Shown here in pieces: positions 43,412 to 53,712 of a stretch of 64,000 nt of DNA. The position numbers and the translations under genes are program-made. The stretch's first letter is position 1; every line of letters starts with the position of its first letter. The notes beneath the pieces were generated by a model. It worked only from the letters and a program-made list of their open reading frames with translations. It was not told the DNA's origin and searched no databases. Where the stretch lies: contig CAVOPE010000014.1 in NCBI GenBank assembly GCA_963697755.1, positions 107,817 to 171,816 of the forward strand. The letters run 5' to 3'. This DNA is from an uncultured Gemmatimonadales bacterium. Lineage in GTDB: Bacteria > Gemmatimonadota > Gemmatimonadetes > Gemmatimonadales > GWC2-71-9.

Positions 43412-45667
43412 ATGCGATTCGCGGGAGCCTACAGACTCAGCGTGCTGGCCGGACTACTCGCAGGCTGCGGGGGAGGGAGCGACCTCCTGCTCCCCGGAGC
43501 GGGCGATCCGGCGTCGGTCACCCTGATCCAGGGCGACCAGCAGAACGGACGAGTCGGGGAGGTGTTGCCGCAGCCGCTGGTCGCCGCGGTGGAGGACGGC
43601 AGCGGGCGCCCGGTCGAAGGTGCGACGGTAGTATTCGTGCTGACCGATGCGGCACCCGGTGCATCCATCACCCCTGACACGGTGACGACCGACGCCGATG
43701 GGCAGGCCACCGCCTCGGTCACGCTCGGGACGCGCCCAGGTGCCCAGGGTGGCGAGGTACGCGCGCTTGGCGGAGGTGGCAGCCCGACGGCCACCGCGCC
43801 ATTCACGCTCACCGCGCTCTCCGAGAACGCCAATGGTATCCGGTCGGCCGGGGGCGAGGATCAGACCGCGCCGGTCAACGCCGCGCTCCCGTTGCCGCTC
43901 GTGGTCGAGATCGCCGACGCCTTCGGCAACCCGATCGCCGGGGTCACGGTGACCTGGAGCATCGAGGGCGGCGGCAGCGTGAGCGAGACCTCCACGGTCA
44001 CCGGGGAGGATGGCCGCACATCGGTGACCCGCACGCTCGGCGCCGCCGCCGGCGTGCAACGGACCCTGGCCAGTGTGGATGGCCTCGCCGGCTCGCCGGT
44101 CGCGTTCGTCCACACCGCCACCGCGGGCGCCGCGTCGGGCGTGACCGTCGTCTCGGGCGACGACCAGACCGGACCGGTGAGCACGGAGCTGCCGCAGCCG
44201 CTGGTGGTGGAAGTGCGCGATGCCGGCGCCAATCCGGTTCCGAATGTGGCCGTGACGTGGGTGATCGGCAGCGGTGGGGGGGCCGTCACACCCACGACGT
44301 CGACCACCGATGCCAGCGGGCGCGCCAGCGCGGCGTGGACTCTGGGTAGCGCTCCCGGGCCGAACACCTTGAGCGCCGTGGTGAGCGGCATTGGCGTTGG
44401 CGAGTTCAGTGCCACCGCCACGGCGGGCGCGCCCGCCCGGCTCATCGTGGTGACGCAGCCCGCGTCCAGCGCCGTGAGCGGGGTGGTCCTGTCGCAGCAG
44501 CCGGTGATTCAGCTGCTCGACGCACAAGGGAACGAGTCGAAGCAGAGCGGGGTGCCGGTGGGGGTTACGATCGGCTCGGGCGGTGGAACGCTCGCCGGGC
44601 CCAGCACCGCGACGACGGACGCAGAGGGCCGCGCGGCCTTCACCGGCCTCGCCCTGCTCGGAGCGAGCGGCACCCGGACGCTCCGGTTCTCGGCCGACGG
44701 CTTCGCCTCTGTCACCAGCGCGCAGATCGCGCTGACGGCGGCTTCCACTGTCACCACCATCACGGCCGACACGCCCGACCCGTCGCAGGCCGGGGCGCAG
44801 GTCACCGTCCAGTTCACCGTCACGGCGGACGCAGGGACCCCGACGGGTTCGGTCCGGATCCGGGACGGGGGCGACGAGTGCACCGGCTCGCTGTCGGGCG
44901 GGCAGGGGAGCTGCACTCTCACGCTGTCGAACACCGGCACCCGCACGCTCACGGCGGACTATCAGGGAGCCGACGGCTTCGCCGGCAGCAGTGACACCGA
45001 GAGTCACACGGTGGAAGCGCCGCCGACACCCGAGCTCGCCGTCGCCCGGCAGCCCTCCTCGACGGCCACGGTGGGTGTGCCGTTCGATCAGCAGCCGATC
45101 GTGCAGCTTCGCGACGGGAATAGCGGAGACTTGAACACCGCGGGCGTCGCGGTCTCGGTTGCGATCGTCTCGGGGGGCGGAACGCTCACGGGGACGACGA
45201 CGCGGACCACCGACGGCTCGGGACGGGTCGAGTTCACCGATCTCGCCATCACCGGCGACCCCGGCACGCGAACGCTGGTGTTCACGGCGAGCGGATTCAC
45301 CAGCGTCAACTCGGCGGACATCGATGTGCAGGCGCCGCCCCCAGCCGGCACTACGACCACGATCACGTCCGCCAACCCGAACCCGTCGACGGCGGGCACG
45401 GCCGTGCTGGTTCAGTTCAGCGTCACCTCGTCGGCCGGCACGCCGACCGGATCGGTCACCGTCAGCGACGGGGTGGACACCTGCACGGGGGACCTGTTGA
45501 ATGGCGCGGGCAGCTGCTCGATCACGCTCACCACCGTCGGCCCACGGACGCTCACCGCCCAGTTCCAGCCATCCGGCAGCGGGTTCGCCGGAAGCAACGG
45601 CACGGCGCCTCATCAAGTCGACGCGCCAACGTCCGGCGTGAGCGCTGTCCAAGGGGAGACGCGGTGA
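43412..45667 (+). CDS. surface lipoprotein built of bacterial Ig-like (Big_1-like and related) repeats
   Basis: Within ORF 43268..45667; ATG 43412 gives MRFAGAYRLSVLAGLLAGCGG (lipobox). Three Big_1-like modules (GDQQ.G.VG..LPQPLVV.V.D..G.PV.G..V.W). These are followed by a twice-repeated unit of about 195 aa (...TATTDAEGRAAFTGLAL.../...TRTTDGSGRVEFTDLAI... each followed by ...TPTGSV.I.DG...CTG.L..G.GSC.L.L...G.RTLTA.Y). Confidence 0.8.
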   Translation: MRFAGAYRLSVLAGLLAGCGGGSDLLLPGAGDPASVTLIQGDQQNGRVGEVLPQPLVAAVEDGSGRPVEGATVVFVLTDAAPGASITPDTVTTDADGQATASVTLGTRPGAQGGEVRALGGGGSPTATAPFTLTALSENANGIRSAGGEDQTAPVNAALPLPLVVEIADAFGNPIAGVTVTWSIEGGGSVSETSTVTGEDGRTSVTRTLGAAAGVQRTLASVDGLAGSPVAFVHTATAGAASGVTVVSGDDQTGPVSTELPQPLVVEVRDAGANPVPNVAVTWVIGSGGGAVTPTTSTTDASGRASAAWTLGSAPGPNTLSAVVSGIGVGEFSATATAGAPARLIVVTQPASSAVSGVVLSQQPVIQLLDAQGNESKQSGVPVGVTIGSGGGTLAGPSTATTDAEGRAAFTGLALLGASGTRTLRFSADGFASVTSAQIALTAASTVTTITADTPDPSQAGAQVTVQFTVTADAGTPTGSVRIRDGGDECTGSLSGGQGSCTLTLSNTGTRTLTADYQGADGFAGSSDTESHTVEAPPTPELAVARQPSSTATVGVPFDQQPIVQLRDGNSGDLNTAGVAVSVAIVSGGGTLTGTTTRTTDGSGRVEFTDLAITGDPGTRTLVFTASGFTSVNSADIDVQAPPPAGTTTTITSANPNPSTAGTAVLVQFSVTSSAGTPTGSVTVSDGVDTCTGDLLNGAGSCSITLTTVGPRTLTAQFQPSGSGFAGSNGTAPHQVDAPTSGVSAVQGETR

Positions 45668-45757
45668 CAAAGTGGCCCATCCTCATCGAGCGCCGAAGCC
45701 CGACGTTCGGCTTGCCTGAGCCGCGGGGGAGGTGTAAACTCCCGCTCCCGTTGCTCC

Positions 45758-45831
45758 GGGCGATTAGCTCAGCCGGTTAGAGCGCGCGCCTCACATGCGC
45801 GAGGTCGGGGGTTCGAGCCCCTCATCGCCCA
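45758..45831 (+). tRNA. tRNA-Val (CAC)
   Basis: 74-nt cloverleaf by hand. Acceptor GGGCGAT/ATCGCCC, D-arm GCTC-AGCCGGTTA-GAGC, anticodon arm CGCGC-CTCACAT-GCGCG (anticodon CAC), variable AGGTC, T-arm GGGGG-TTCGAGC-CCCTC, discriminator A. Confidence 0.92.
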
Positions 45832-45973
45832 TTTTCCGCGGACCCGCCCCCCTCGTCGGTCCCCCAGCAGCGCTCCGTGATCAGTTTGGCCCTTGCCCGT
45901 ACGAGGTTTTGGGGAAAGTTTGTTGCCCAATGCCTACGCTTGGGGATCTCGTGGACCAGAGCGCCGAGGGCAC

Positions 45974-47032
45974 ATGACCATCTCTTCACCGCCAAGTCCT
46001 GTCTCCGACCTGCGGGCCTTCACGGACGGGCAGGGACATCCCGATTACCCGTGCCTGTCGCGCACGCACACACCTTCGAGCTGCGTACCCTGCGCCGATT
46101 TCTCGCCCTGGTTGCGGGAGCGGGTCGCGCGGGCCGACGTCGAAGCGGTGAGCGAGTATCTGTTCCGGATGCGCGAGGCCAACCCGGGTCTCGGCGAGAG
46201 CGTCGAAGAGCTTCGCGCCACCTACGCCCAGCTCGCGCACCGAATCCTCACCGCGCCGCTCGATCGCTACCTGCAGAACGGCGACGAGCCCGCCTACCTC
46301 GATCTCCAGGTCTCCCTCGTCCTGCTCGCCGTGCACGAAGGCTTCTCCGGGTTCATCATGACCGGTGAGGCGGCCGATTTCATGGCGTCGGTGATGGCGC
46401 CGCACGTGCTGACGGTGTGCGAGGCGAACGAGCTGATCGACGCGCGGAACCGCTTCGTGTACGAAATGGCGAAGGAGATGAGCTATTGGGCCGCTTGGCC
46501 CATGCTCGAGCCCGGCACTCTTCCGATCGTGGCGCCGCCGGATCATCCCGCGCTCCGCCACGTGCTCTCCGTGCTCCTCACGCTCCCGCTCGGCGCTCGC
46601 GCGCATGCGGTCGACGCCATTCGGCACCTGAGCGCGCATCCCCACGTGCCGAAGACCCTCGCCAGCCTGAGCCGCTACGAGACCCGGAAGCGCGGACTGG
46701 ACGTATCGGTCTCGTCGCGCCTCATTCTCGCTAGCGGAGTGGTGGTACCCGCGACCGATCTGGACGGGTGGCTCGGGAGCTGGACCCGGCGCGATCTGCT
46801 CGGATTTCTGGCGCAGAGCGGGGTGGGCGCGCGCAACTCCTGGGGCAAGGAGCGGTTGGCCGAAGTGGCCAAGACCGAATGCGCGGATCTGCTGCGCGCG
46901 CGCATGCACGACGCCGGCGTGGTCGAGCTGGCGCCGGAACAGGTCGACGGCGCGGCGCTCCTCCGCGAGCACGTCGAGGCCACGCGCGAGTGCTGGCGCG
47001 TCTGGCTCGCCTTCGGGACGGGTATCGCCTAG
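45974..47032 (+). CDS. hypothetical protein, no family recognised
   Basis: Within ORF 45893..47032; ATG 45974 (MTISSPPSPVSDLRAF...). N-terminal Cys cluster CLSRTHTPSSCVPC; the rest is helical-looking. GC3 bias supports coding. Confidence 0.5.
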   Translation: MTISSPPSPVSDLRAFTDGQGHPDYPCLSRTHTPSSCVPCADFSPWLRERVARADVEAVSEYLFRMREANPGLGESVEELRATYAQLAHRILTAPLDRYLQNGDEPAYLDLQVSLVLLAVHEGFSGFIMTGEAADFMASVMAPHVLTVCEANELIDARNRFVYEMAKEMSYWAAWPMLEPGTLPIVAPPDHPALRHVLSVLLTLPLGARAHAVDAIRHLSAHPHVPKTLASLSRYETRKRGLDVSVSSRLILASGVVVPATDLDGWLGSWTRRDLLGFLAQSGVGARNSWGKERLAEVAKTECADLLRARMHDAGVVELAPEQVDGAALLREHVEATRECWRVWLAFGTGIA

Positions 47033-47036
47033 GGGC

Positions 47037-48071
47037 TCAGATGAGGCCGCCGCGGCGCAGGCGGCCGATCTGGTCGTAGCGCTCCTCGTGCACCGCGAGG
47101 ACCTCCTCGAGCGAGACCGTGGCCACGCCTGTCTTGCCGACCTCGACTCCCGCCGCGTAGTTCGCCAGCTGTGCCGCCTCTCGCACCGACGCGCCCGCCG
47201 CCAGTGCCGCGCCCATCCACGCCGTCACCGTATCCCCAGCGCCGGACACGTCGAAGATCGCCCGAGCGATACTGGGGATGTGGGTGAGGCTGCCGTCCTT
47301 CATCACCAGCACCATGCCCTCCGCCCCCAGCGTCACCAGCAGATTGTCCACCTTGAGCCGAGCCAGCACTTCGGGCAGGGCGTTGCCGTTCTGCAGGTCC
47401 ACGGCCGCGCCCAGTGCCGACTCCAGCTCGCGCCGGTTGGGCTTGAAGACGGTGGCGCCGGCGTACTCGAAGAACTGGCGATACTTCGGGTCCACCACGA
47501 TGGGAATGCCGCGGCGGCGAGCCACTTCCATCACGGTCGCGATGAGCGCCGGCGGGAGCGCCCCCTTGTTGTAGTCCTCGAGCAGGAGCGCATCGGCATC
47601 CGCCAGCGCGTCGCGCGCGACGCGCACCAGCCGTTCGAGGTCCGGGCCCTCCAGCAGCGCCTCGACCTCGTCGTCGATGCGGACGATCTGCTGGGACCGG
47701 GCGATGATGCGGGTCTTGGAGGTGGTCGGCCGGCCCGCCAGCGTGATGACGTGGCGGTCCTCGAGCCGCGCGACGGCCAGCTCCTGACGGATGGCTGCGC
47801 CGTCGACATCGTCGCCCACCGTGCCGACGAGCAGGCAGCGCGCGCCCAGCGCCGCGACGTTCGCCGCGACGTTGGCGGCGCCCCCCAGCGCGGCGTGGCG
47901 CTCGCGCACCGTCACGACCGGCACCGGCGCTTCCGGGCTCAACCGCTCGGTGTCACCGATCAGATAGCGGTCGAGCATGATGTCACCCACCACCACGACC
48001 CGGCTGTCCTTCATCTTGCCCGTCAGGTGCAGGAGGCGGTCGCGGGTGAGCGGCGCGGGCGGCGGCCTCAT
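47037..48071 (-). CDS. D-glycero-beta-D-manno-heptose-7-phosphate kinase (RfaE/HldE domain I, PfkB family)
   Basis: C-terminal 344 aa of ORF 47037..49112(-); ATG 48071 overlaps the upstream gene's stop by 4 nt. Motifs VVVVGDIMLDRYLIGDTERLSPEAPVPVV, GGAANVAANVAALG, KPNRRELE, FDVSGAGDTV. No adenylyltransferase domain follows. Confidence 0.85.
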   Translation of the reverse strand: MRPPPAPLTRDRLLHLTGKMKDSRVVVVGDIMLDRYLIGDTERLSPEAPVPVVTVRERHAALGGAANVAANVAALGARCLLVGTVGDDVDGAAIRQELAVARLEDRHVITLAGRPTTSKTRIIARSQQIVRIDDEVEALLEGPDLERLVRVARDALADADALLLEDYNKGALPPALIATVMEVARRRGIPIVVDPKYRQFFEYAGATVFKPNRRELESALGAAVDLQNGNALPEVLARLKVDNLLVTLGAEGMVLVMKDGSLTHIPSIARAIFDVSGAGDTVTAWMGAALAAGASVREAAQLANYAAGVEVGKTGVATVSLEEVLAVHEERYDQIGRLRRGGLI

Positions 48072-49573
48072 CGTAGCACCCCGCGGGCGCCCAGGCCGAG
48101 CGTGGCCTCCAGCCGTCCTTCGAATCGGTTCACGGTGCGGCCCTCCTCGTGGTCCGCGTTGACGACGTGGTGGAAGCCGGCGTTCAGGTGCAGATCCAGC
48201 GGCCCCTGGCGGCCGCGCAGGTCTACGGCCGCGCGCCAGGTATGCTCCACCACGCCGATGAAGATCTGGGGCAGCTGTCCGGCTTCGACGTCGTTGGCCG
48301 GAAACGGGTCGCTGATGTCGCCCTCGCCCTGGCGCAGCAGGGTGAGCTCGGGCATCACCAGCCAGCGCGTCGCATATGGGAGGCTGACCGTCAGGGTGAG
48401 TTGGTCCATGTCGTCGAAGTTGCGGCCGGTCCCGACCCCGGCGTCGGTGAAGTTCTCGAACGGATCCAGCGTGCGGAAGGCCAGGCTCGAGGCCTGGGTG
48501 TAGAATGCGCGCCACGCGAGCGAGCGGCCGAGCGGGCCGAAGCCGGCGAGCGTGAGGGCCCACCGGTTCGGATAGCGTGTCGCGCCGGAGGTGTTCTCGT
48601 ACTGCAGGTCGTCGATGCCGAGCTGTGCCTGCAGCGTGGCGCGCCCGCGGAAGCGCCAGGAGGCGTCGAGCCCGAACAGGACGTTGCCGTTCGCCCCCAG
48701 CCCGTACTGGTTGGCGAACAGCAGCAGGCTGAGTGGGTTCCGGTAGCGCCCGTCGAACTCCCGGTCGATGCCCGAGATGACGCTGGTCTCCCACAGCCCG
48801 ACGCGCAATCGGTCGCTCAGCCGCGCGCCGACGCGGTGGGCGAAGAAGTAGCGATGTACCGTGCGCCCCAGCGAGTCCGCTTCGTCCCTCAGCTGCCGCG
48901 CGTACGCCTCGAGCTGCAGGCTCGGCACCCCGACCAGAAGGCCCGCCTCGACCTGTGGATAGGCGTAGTTGCTGACCCCGATGCCCGACAGTCCCACCGG
49001 TCCCCAATTCCGCTCCATCTGCCCGTAGAACACGCTCCCGTACTTGAACTGCGCGCTGAGGTAGGCCTCGGGAAAGCGGTACAAGAGCTCGAGATCGCGC
49101 CGCCCCGGCCACTCCGGATCGTCGCTGAGCCGCGGCTCGGCGGCGAGCCGGCTGACGAGCGCGATGGGGCCGGTCACCGCCTCACCGGTGAACTCGGCGT
49201 AGGGGCGCGCACCGTCCGTCCCGAGCGGGTGGAGCACGTCCCGCCGGATGTGGCTGAAGGCCTGCCCGCCGGCGCGCGCGGCCACCCGCCAGGTCTGCAT
49301 GCCCGGCAGCTCCTGGAGCGAGGCGCGGAGCGCCCGGACGAGGAGCTGCGTCGTATCGCCGGCGGCCAGCACCCGCAGCGCGTCGGCGCGGCGGAACGGC
49401 CGCACCATCGGCGATGGATCCTCGATGTCACCCCGGGCGATGAGGTGCTCGAGCAGTGGCAGGCGGGGGTCGTCGAGCGGAAGGTAAGGCGACGCCTGGG
49501 CGCGAACGCACGGCGGGGCCAACGCGCCGGCGAGGACGACGGCGGCCGCGAGGGCGCGAAGGGATGGTCGCAT
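48068..49573 (-). CDS. outer-membrane beta-barrel protein, capsule-assembly Wzi-like (tentative)
   Basis: Within ORF 48068..49744(-); ATG 49573 gives signal peptide MRPSLRALAAAVVLAGALAPPCVRAQ. Aromatic/Gly-rich alternating segments throughout (YLSAQFKYGSVFYGQMERNWGP, LLLFANQYGLGANGNVLFGLDASWRF, LAWRAFYTQASSLAFR). The Wzi family call is from memory only. Confidence 0.5.
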   Translation of the reverse strand: MRPSLRALAAAVVLAGALAPPCVRAQASPYLPLDDPRLPLLEHLIARGDIEDPSPMVRPFRRADALRVLAAGDTTQLLVRALRASLQELPGMQTWRVAARAGGQAFSHIRRDVLHPLGTDGARPYAEFTGEAVTGPIALVSRLAAEPRLSDDPEWPGRRDLELLYRFPEAYLSAQFKYGSVFYGQMERNWGPVGLSGIGVSNYAYPQVEAGLLVGVPSLQLEAYARQLRDEADSLGRTVHRYFFAHRVGARLSDRLRVGLWETSVISGIDREFDGRYRNPLSLLLFANQYGLGANGNVLFGLDASWRFRGRATLQAQLGIDDLQYENTSGATRYPNRWALTLAGFGPLGRSLAWRAFYTQASSLAFRTLDPFENFTDAGVGTGRNFDDMDQLTLTVSLPYATRWLVMPELTLLRQGEGDISDPFPANDVEAGQLPQIFIGVVEHTWRAAVDLRGRQGPLDLHLNAGFHHVVNADHEEGRTVNRFEGRLEATLGLGARGVLR

Positions 49574-49757
49574 CGGCCCGTAAGGTATCCGGAGGGCCGG
49601 GAGCGACGTAAGAGCGCGGGGCCCGGTGCGTGGTGCCATCGCTTCGCCCGGGGTGAGAGGACTTGCTATCTTCCGGCGCATGCCGGGCCTTCTGCGTGTT
49701 CGTGATCGCGCCCGCGGAGATCCGGCGCCGGAGGCTTCCCTCACCGAGGTAGACTGG

Positions 49758-50402
49758 ATGGCGGCGAAACAGGACAGTCTCGATCCGCAGACTCGGGATC
49801 TCGTGCGGTTCGCCGCGGCGGTCGCCCAGGGCTACGAGCCAGAGCTGCGCGAGCGGGTGGGGCCGCTCCGCTCGTCGCAGGTTCCCGCGCAGTGGGTCGA
49901 AGAGCTGCTGCTCCAGTCGGTGCTGATGGTCGGGTATCCGCGCGCGCTGATCGCGTTCGGCGTGTGGCGGAAGTTCAGCGGCGTGCCGGCACCACAGACC
50001 GACGAGGGGCAGGACTACAGCCAGGTCGGAGAGTGGACCCGGCGGGGAGAAGAGGTCTGCGCCACGGTCTACGGCGAGAACTATCGCAGGCTCCGCGACA
50101 GCGTCCGCGTGCTGCATCCCGCCATCGACGCGTGGATGATCTCGGAAGGGTATGGCCGTACACTCGGCCGCCCCGGGCTCGACCTCATGCGGCGCGAGCT
50201 GTGCACGGTTGCCCAAACCGCGGTGCTGGAGGCGCCCAAACAGCTGCACTCGCACCTCCGGGGAGCGCTCAACGCGGGTGCCTCGTTCGGACAGATCGAC
50301 GGCGTGCTGTCGATCGTCAACCCGCTCCTCTCCTTCGACCAGTGGAAGAAGGTCAAGGAGCTCTGGCGCACGGTGCGTGAGGGCTGGTCGCCGGGGAACT
50401 GA
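49758..50402 (+). CDS. carboxymuconolactone decarboxylase (CMD/AhpD-like) family protein
   Basis: Within ORF 49626..50402; ATG 49758. Two CMD-like halves ([18 protein letters not shown]; [40 protein letters not shown]). The stop overlaps the obg ATG (TGATG). Confidence 0.75.
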   Translation: MAAKQDSLDPQTRDLVRFAAAVAQGYEPELRERVGPLRSSQVPAQWVEELLLQSVLMVGYPRALIAFGVWRKFSGVPAPQTDEGQDYSQVGEWTRRGEEVCATVYGENYRRLRDSVRVLHPAIDAWMISEGYGRTLGRPGLDLMRRELCTVAQTAVLEAPKQLHSHLRGALNAGASFGQIDGVLSIVNPLLSFDQWKKVKELWRTVREGWSPGN

Positions 50403-51461
50403 TGTTCATCGATCGCGCGGTGGTGCGGGTGGCAGGAGGCACGGGCGGCTCGGGAGCCAGCTCGTTCGCCCGGTTCAAGTACAAGCCCAAAGGCGGGCCG
50501 GACGGCGGCGACGGCGGCCGCGGCGGCAGCGTGTACGTCCGGGGCGATGCCAACCTCGCCACACTGCTCGACTACCGCTACAAGACCGTCTGGAAGGCGG
50601 AACGGGCCGAGCACGGGAAGGGAAAGACCAAGACCGGCGCGTCCACCGACGACGTCTACCTGCCGGTCCCGCCGGGCACCGTCGTGCGGGACGCCGACAC
50701 CGGCGCGCTCCTCGGCGAAGTGCTGCGCGAGGGTGACACCCTCCTGGTCGCGCGCGGCGGCCGCGGTGGTCGCGGCAACGCCCGGTTCGCCACGCCGACG
50801 CACCAGGCGCCGCGAGAGTGGGAGCCCGGCGAGGAGGGGCAGGAGCGGCAGATCGAGCTGGTGCTCAAGCTCATCGCCGACGTCGGCCTGGTGGGCGAGC
50901 CCAACGCCGGCAAGAGCACGCTGCTCTCCGTGCTCTCGGCGGCGCGACCCAAGATCGCGGACTATCCCTTCACCACGCTGGAGCCGAATCTCGGCGTCGT
51001 CCCGCTGTCCGGCCACCGGACGTTCGTGATGGCCGACATCCCCGGCATCATCGAGGGCGCGCATGCGGGCAAGGGACTCGGGCTCAAGTTCCTGCAGCAC
51101 GTGGAGCGCACTCGCGCGCTGGCGTTCCTGGTGCCGCTCGACAGCCCGGACCTCCGCCGCGGCCTATGAACGGCTGCGGGCGGAAGTCCGGCAATACAGT
51201 GCCGCGCTGGCCGACACGCCGCACGTGCTGGTGCTCACCAAGCGCGATCTGCTGCCTTCGGCCGATACACTGCCCGAGGTCCCTGCGCCCGACGCTGCCG
51301 CTGTGCTCGCCGTGTCGAGCGCGGCCGGCACCGGCCTCGAGGACCTGAAGGAATTCCTCTGGAAGTTCGTGGAGGGCTTCAAGGCCGCCGAGACGCCGCC
51401 CGACGCCGAGGCGAGCGTGGCCGAAGACTCGGGCTACTGGGAGTTCATGGACGACGAATAG
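50402..51461 (+). CDS. obg: GTPase Obg; one frameshift near 51150-51156 as sequenced
   Basis: ORF 50402..51169 carries the Obg fold and G domain ([72 protein letters not shown]). The rest of the G domain ([15 protein letters not shown]...[10 protein letters not shown]...[12 protein letters not shown]) is in ORF 51063..51461. The break is at gacCTCCgccgcg. Confidence 0.9.
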
Positions 51462-51472
51462 CGATCAATTGC

Positions 51473-52574
51473 ATGGATCCCGCTCGCCTCGCCTATCTGG
51501 CGCTGGTGCAGGTGCCCGGCCTGGGCCCCACCCGCCTCCAATCGCTCCTTGAGGTCTTCGACTCCGCACTCGGCGCCCACTCGGCGCCGATCGCGTTTTT
51601 GCGCGCCGTGCCCGGTATCTCCGGCCCCTGTGCCTCGGCCATCAAGGCGACGCCGCTGTCCGCGGGGCGCCGGTTGGTGGAGGATGCCGAACGACTGGGC
51701 GCCCGGATCCTGATTCCCGACGACGCCGGGTTCCCGCCGCTGCTGCGGACGATCGCGGAGCCGCCGCCGGTCCTCTTCGCGCTGGGCAATCTGGCCTTGC
51801 TCGAGCGACCGGCGCTCGCGGTGGTCGGGAGCCGCGATCACACCGGGTACGGTGAGACGGTGGCCCGCAGCGTGGCGGCCCAGGCTGCGCGCGCCGGCAT
51901 CGTCGTCGTGAGCGGCATGGCGCGAGGTCTCGACGCAGTCGCCCATACCGCGGCCCTCGACGCGGGCGGCGCCACGGTCGGCGTGCTGGGCAACGGGCTC
52001 GGCGTCATCTACCCCGCGGCGAATCGCCGGCTGTACGAGCGCGTGGCCGCCAACGGCCTCTTGCTCACCGAATTTCCACCAGGGGAGCGGCCGCACGCCG
52101 GCAGCTTCCCTCGGCGAAACCGGCTCATCAGCGGGCTCGCGCGGGTCACGCTCGTGGTCGAGGCCGCGGTGGGCTCGGGTGCGCTGATCACCGCGGGCGC
52201 GGCGCTGGACCAAGGCCGGGAGGTACTGGCCGTACCGGGCCCGATCACCAGCGCCGTGTCGGCGGGGACCAACCGCCTGATCCGGGACGGCGCTACGCCG
52301 TACCTCGAGCCGGTGGACCTGTTCACGCACTATCCGGAACACGGGTTCGTTCCCGAGGAAGCTCCTGAGCCCGACGGCGGCCCGGCCGCTTCCGGACACC
52401 TTGACCGAGGATGAGCGACAAGTGGCCCGTCTGATCGGTCCCGAGCCGGTGCCGCTCGACGTGCTGGCCGAGCGGGCGGCCAAACCGGTGGGTGTGCTCC
52501 TGGCGCTGCTGTGCGGGCTGGAGCTGCAGGGCATCGTCGAACAACGGCCGGGTCGCCGATTCCGGCGCTGTTAG
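51473..52574 (+). CDS. dprA: DNA-processing protein DprA; one frameshift around 52330-52392 as sequenced
   Basis: ORF 51473..52414. LAVVGSRDHTGYG, VVSGMARGLDAVAHTAAL, GVLGNGLGVIYPAANRRLYE, LLTEFPPGERPHAGSFPRRNRLISGL, VVEAAVGSGALITA. The C-terminal winged-helix part LTEDERQVARLIGPEPVPLDVLAERAAKPVGVLLALLCGLELQGIVEQRPGRRFRR is in another frame and ends at TAG 52572-52574. Confidence 0.85.
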
Positions 52575-52584
52575 CCCGCCGCAT

Positions 52585-53712
52585 GTGGGCGTAGGTGCAT
52601 ATTTCGGGGTGCACGTTTACGTCCATGTCCCGTTCTGCGCCCGTCGCTGCAGTTACTGCGACTTCGCCATCGCGGTGCGACGCGACGTCCCGTCGCGTGC
52701 CTTCGTGGACGCCGTGCAGGGCGAATGGCTCGACTGGCAGCACCACCCGGTGTGGGCCAGCGCAGGTGACGTGCGCACGGTCTATTTCGGCGGCGGGACG
52801 CCGTCTCGGCTCGAGCCCGCAGGTATCGGAGAACTGCTGGACACCATCGGTCGCTCGCGGACGATCGCCGCCGGCGCCGAGGTAACGCTGGAGGCGAATC
52901 CCGACGACGTGACCCGTGCGGCGGCCGTGGCCTGGCGCGGCGCCGGCATCAACCGGGTGTCACTCGGGGTGCAGACGTTCGATGCGTCCGTCTTGCGGTG
53001 GATGCACCGGACGCACAGCGCGGATCAGGTCGCCCCCGCGGTGGATACCCTGCGCGCGGCCGGGATCGGTGAGGTCTCGCTCGATCTCATCTTCGGCCTT
53101 CCGGCAGCGCTCGAACGGGTCTGGGATCGCGACCTCGCCGCGGCGTTCGCGCTGGCGCCGGACCACCTGTCGCTGTACGGACTCACCGTCGAGGATCACA
53201 CGCCGCTCGGCCGCTGGACGGCGCGCGGAGAGGTCACCCCGGTGGACGAAGAGCGCTACGCAGAGGAATTTCTCGCCGCGGACCGGGCGCTAGTCAGTCA
53301 AGGCTTCGAGCACTACGAAGTGTCGAACGCCGCCCGGCCCGGGCATCGCGCCCGGCATAACAGCGCCTATTGGAGCCGATCGCCCTTCATCGGATTGGGA
53401 CCTTCGGCCCACAGCGGTTTCGGCCGCACGCGGCAATGGAACCTGCGGGAATGGTCGGCCTACGAGCGGGCGAGCGCAGGAGGGCAGTCGCTCGTCGCTG
53501 GATCAGAGATGTTGTCCGACGAGGCCGTGGCGCTGGAGGAGCTGTATCTGGGCCTCAGGACCACCGACGGCCTGCCGGTCGAGCGCCTCGACCCGGAGGC
53601 CCTCACGGCATGGACCGGCTTGGGCTGGGCGGAGACCGCCGACGGCAGGGTCCGGCTGACCCCGGAAGGCTGGCTCCGCCTCGATGCCCTTGTGGGGTCG
53701 GCTACGACGTAG
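52585..53712 (+). CDS. hemW: radical SAM heme chaperone / coproporphyrinogen-III-oxidase-like protein (HemW family)
   Basis: Within ORF 52492..53712; GTG 52585 (alternative 52609). VYVHVPFCARRCSYCDF (CxxxCxxC), YFGGGTPS, GINRVSLGVQTF, HYEVSN. Confidence 0.85.
   Translation: MGVGAYFGVHVYVHVPFCARRCSYCDFAIAVRRDVPSRAFVDAVQGEWLDWQHHPVWASAGDVRTVYFGGGTPSRLEPAGIGELLDTIGRSRTIAAGAEVTLEANPDDVTRAAAVAWRGAGINRVSLGVQTFDASVLRWMHRTHSADQVAPAVDTLRAAGIGEVSLDLIFGLPAALERVWDRDLAAAFALAPDHLSLYGLTVEDHTPLGRWTARGEVTPVDEERYAEEFLAADRALVSQGFEHYEVSNAARPGHRARHNSAYWSRSPFIGLGPSAHSGFGRTRQWNLREWSAYERASAGGQSLVAGSEMLSDEAVALEELYLGLRTTDGLPVERLDPEALTAWTGLGWAETADGRVRLTPEGWLRLDALVGSATT

Noticed and set aside
48072-49112. N-terminal extension of ORF 47037..49112(-) upstream of the heptose kinase
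   Set aside because: It is out-of-frame overlap with the Wzi-like gene and the translation is Arg/Pro-rich. The kinase family N-terminus begins at ATG 48071.
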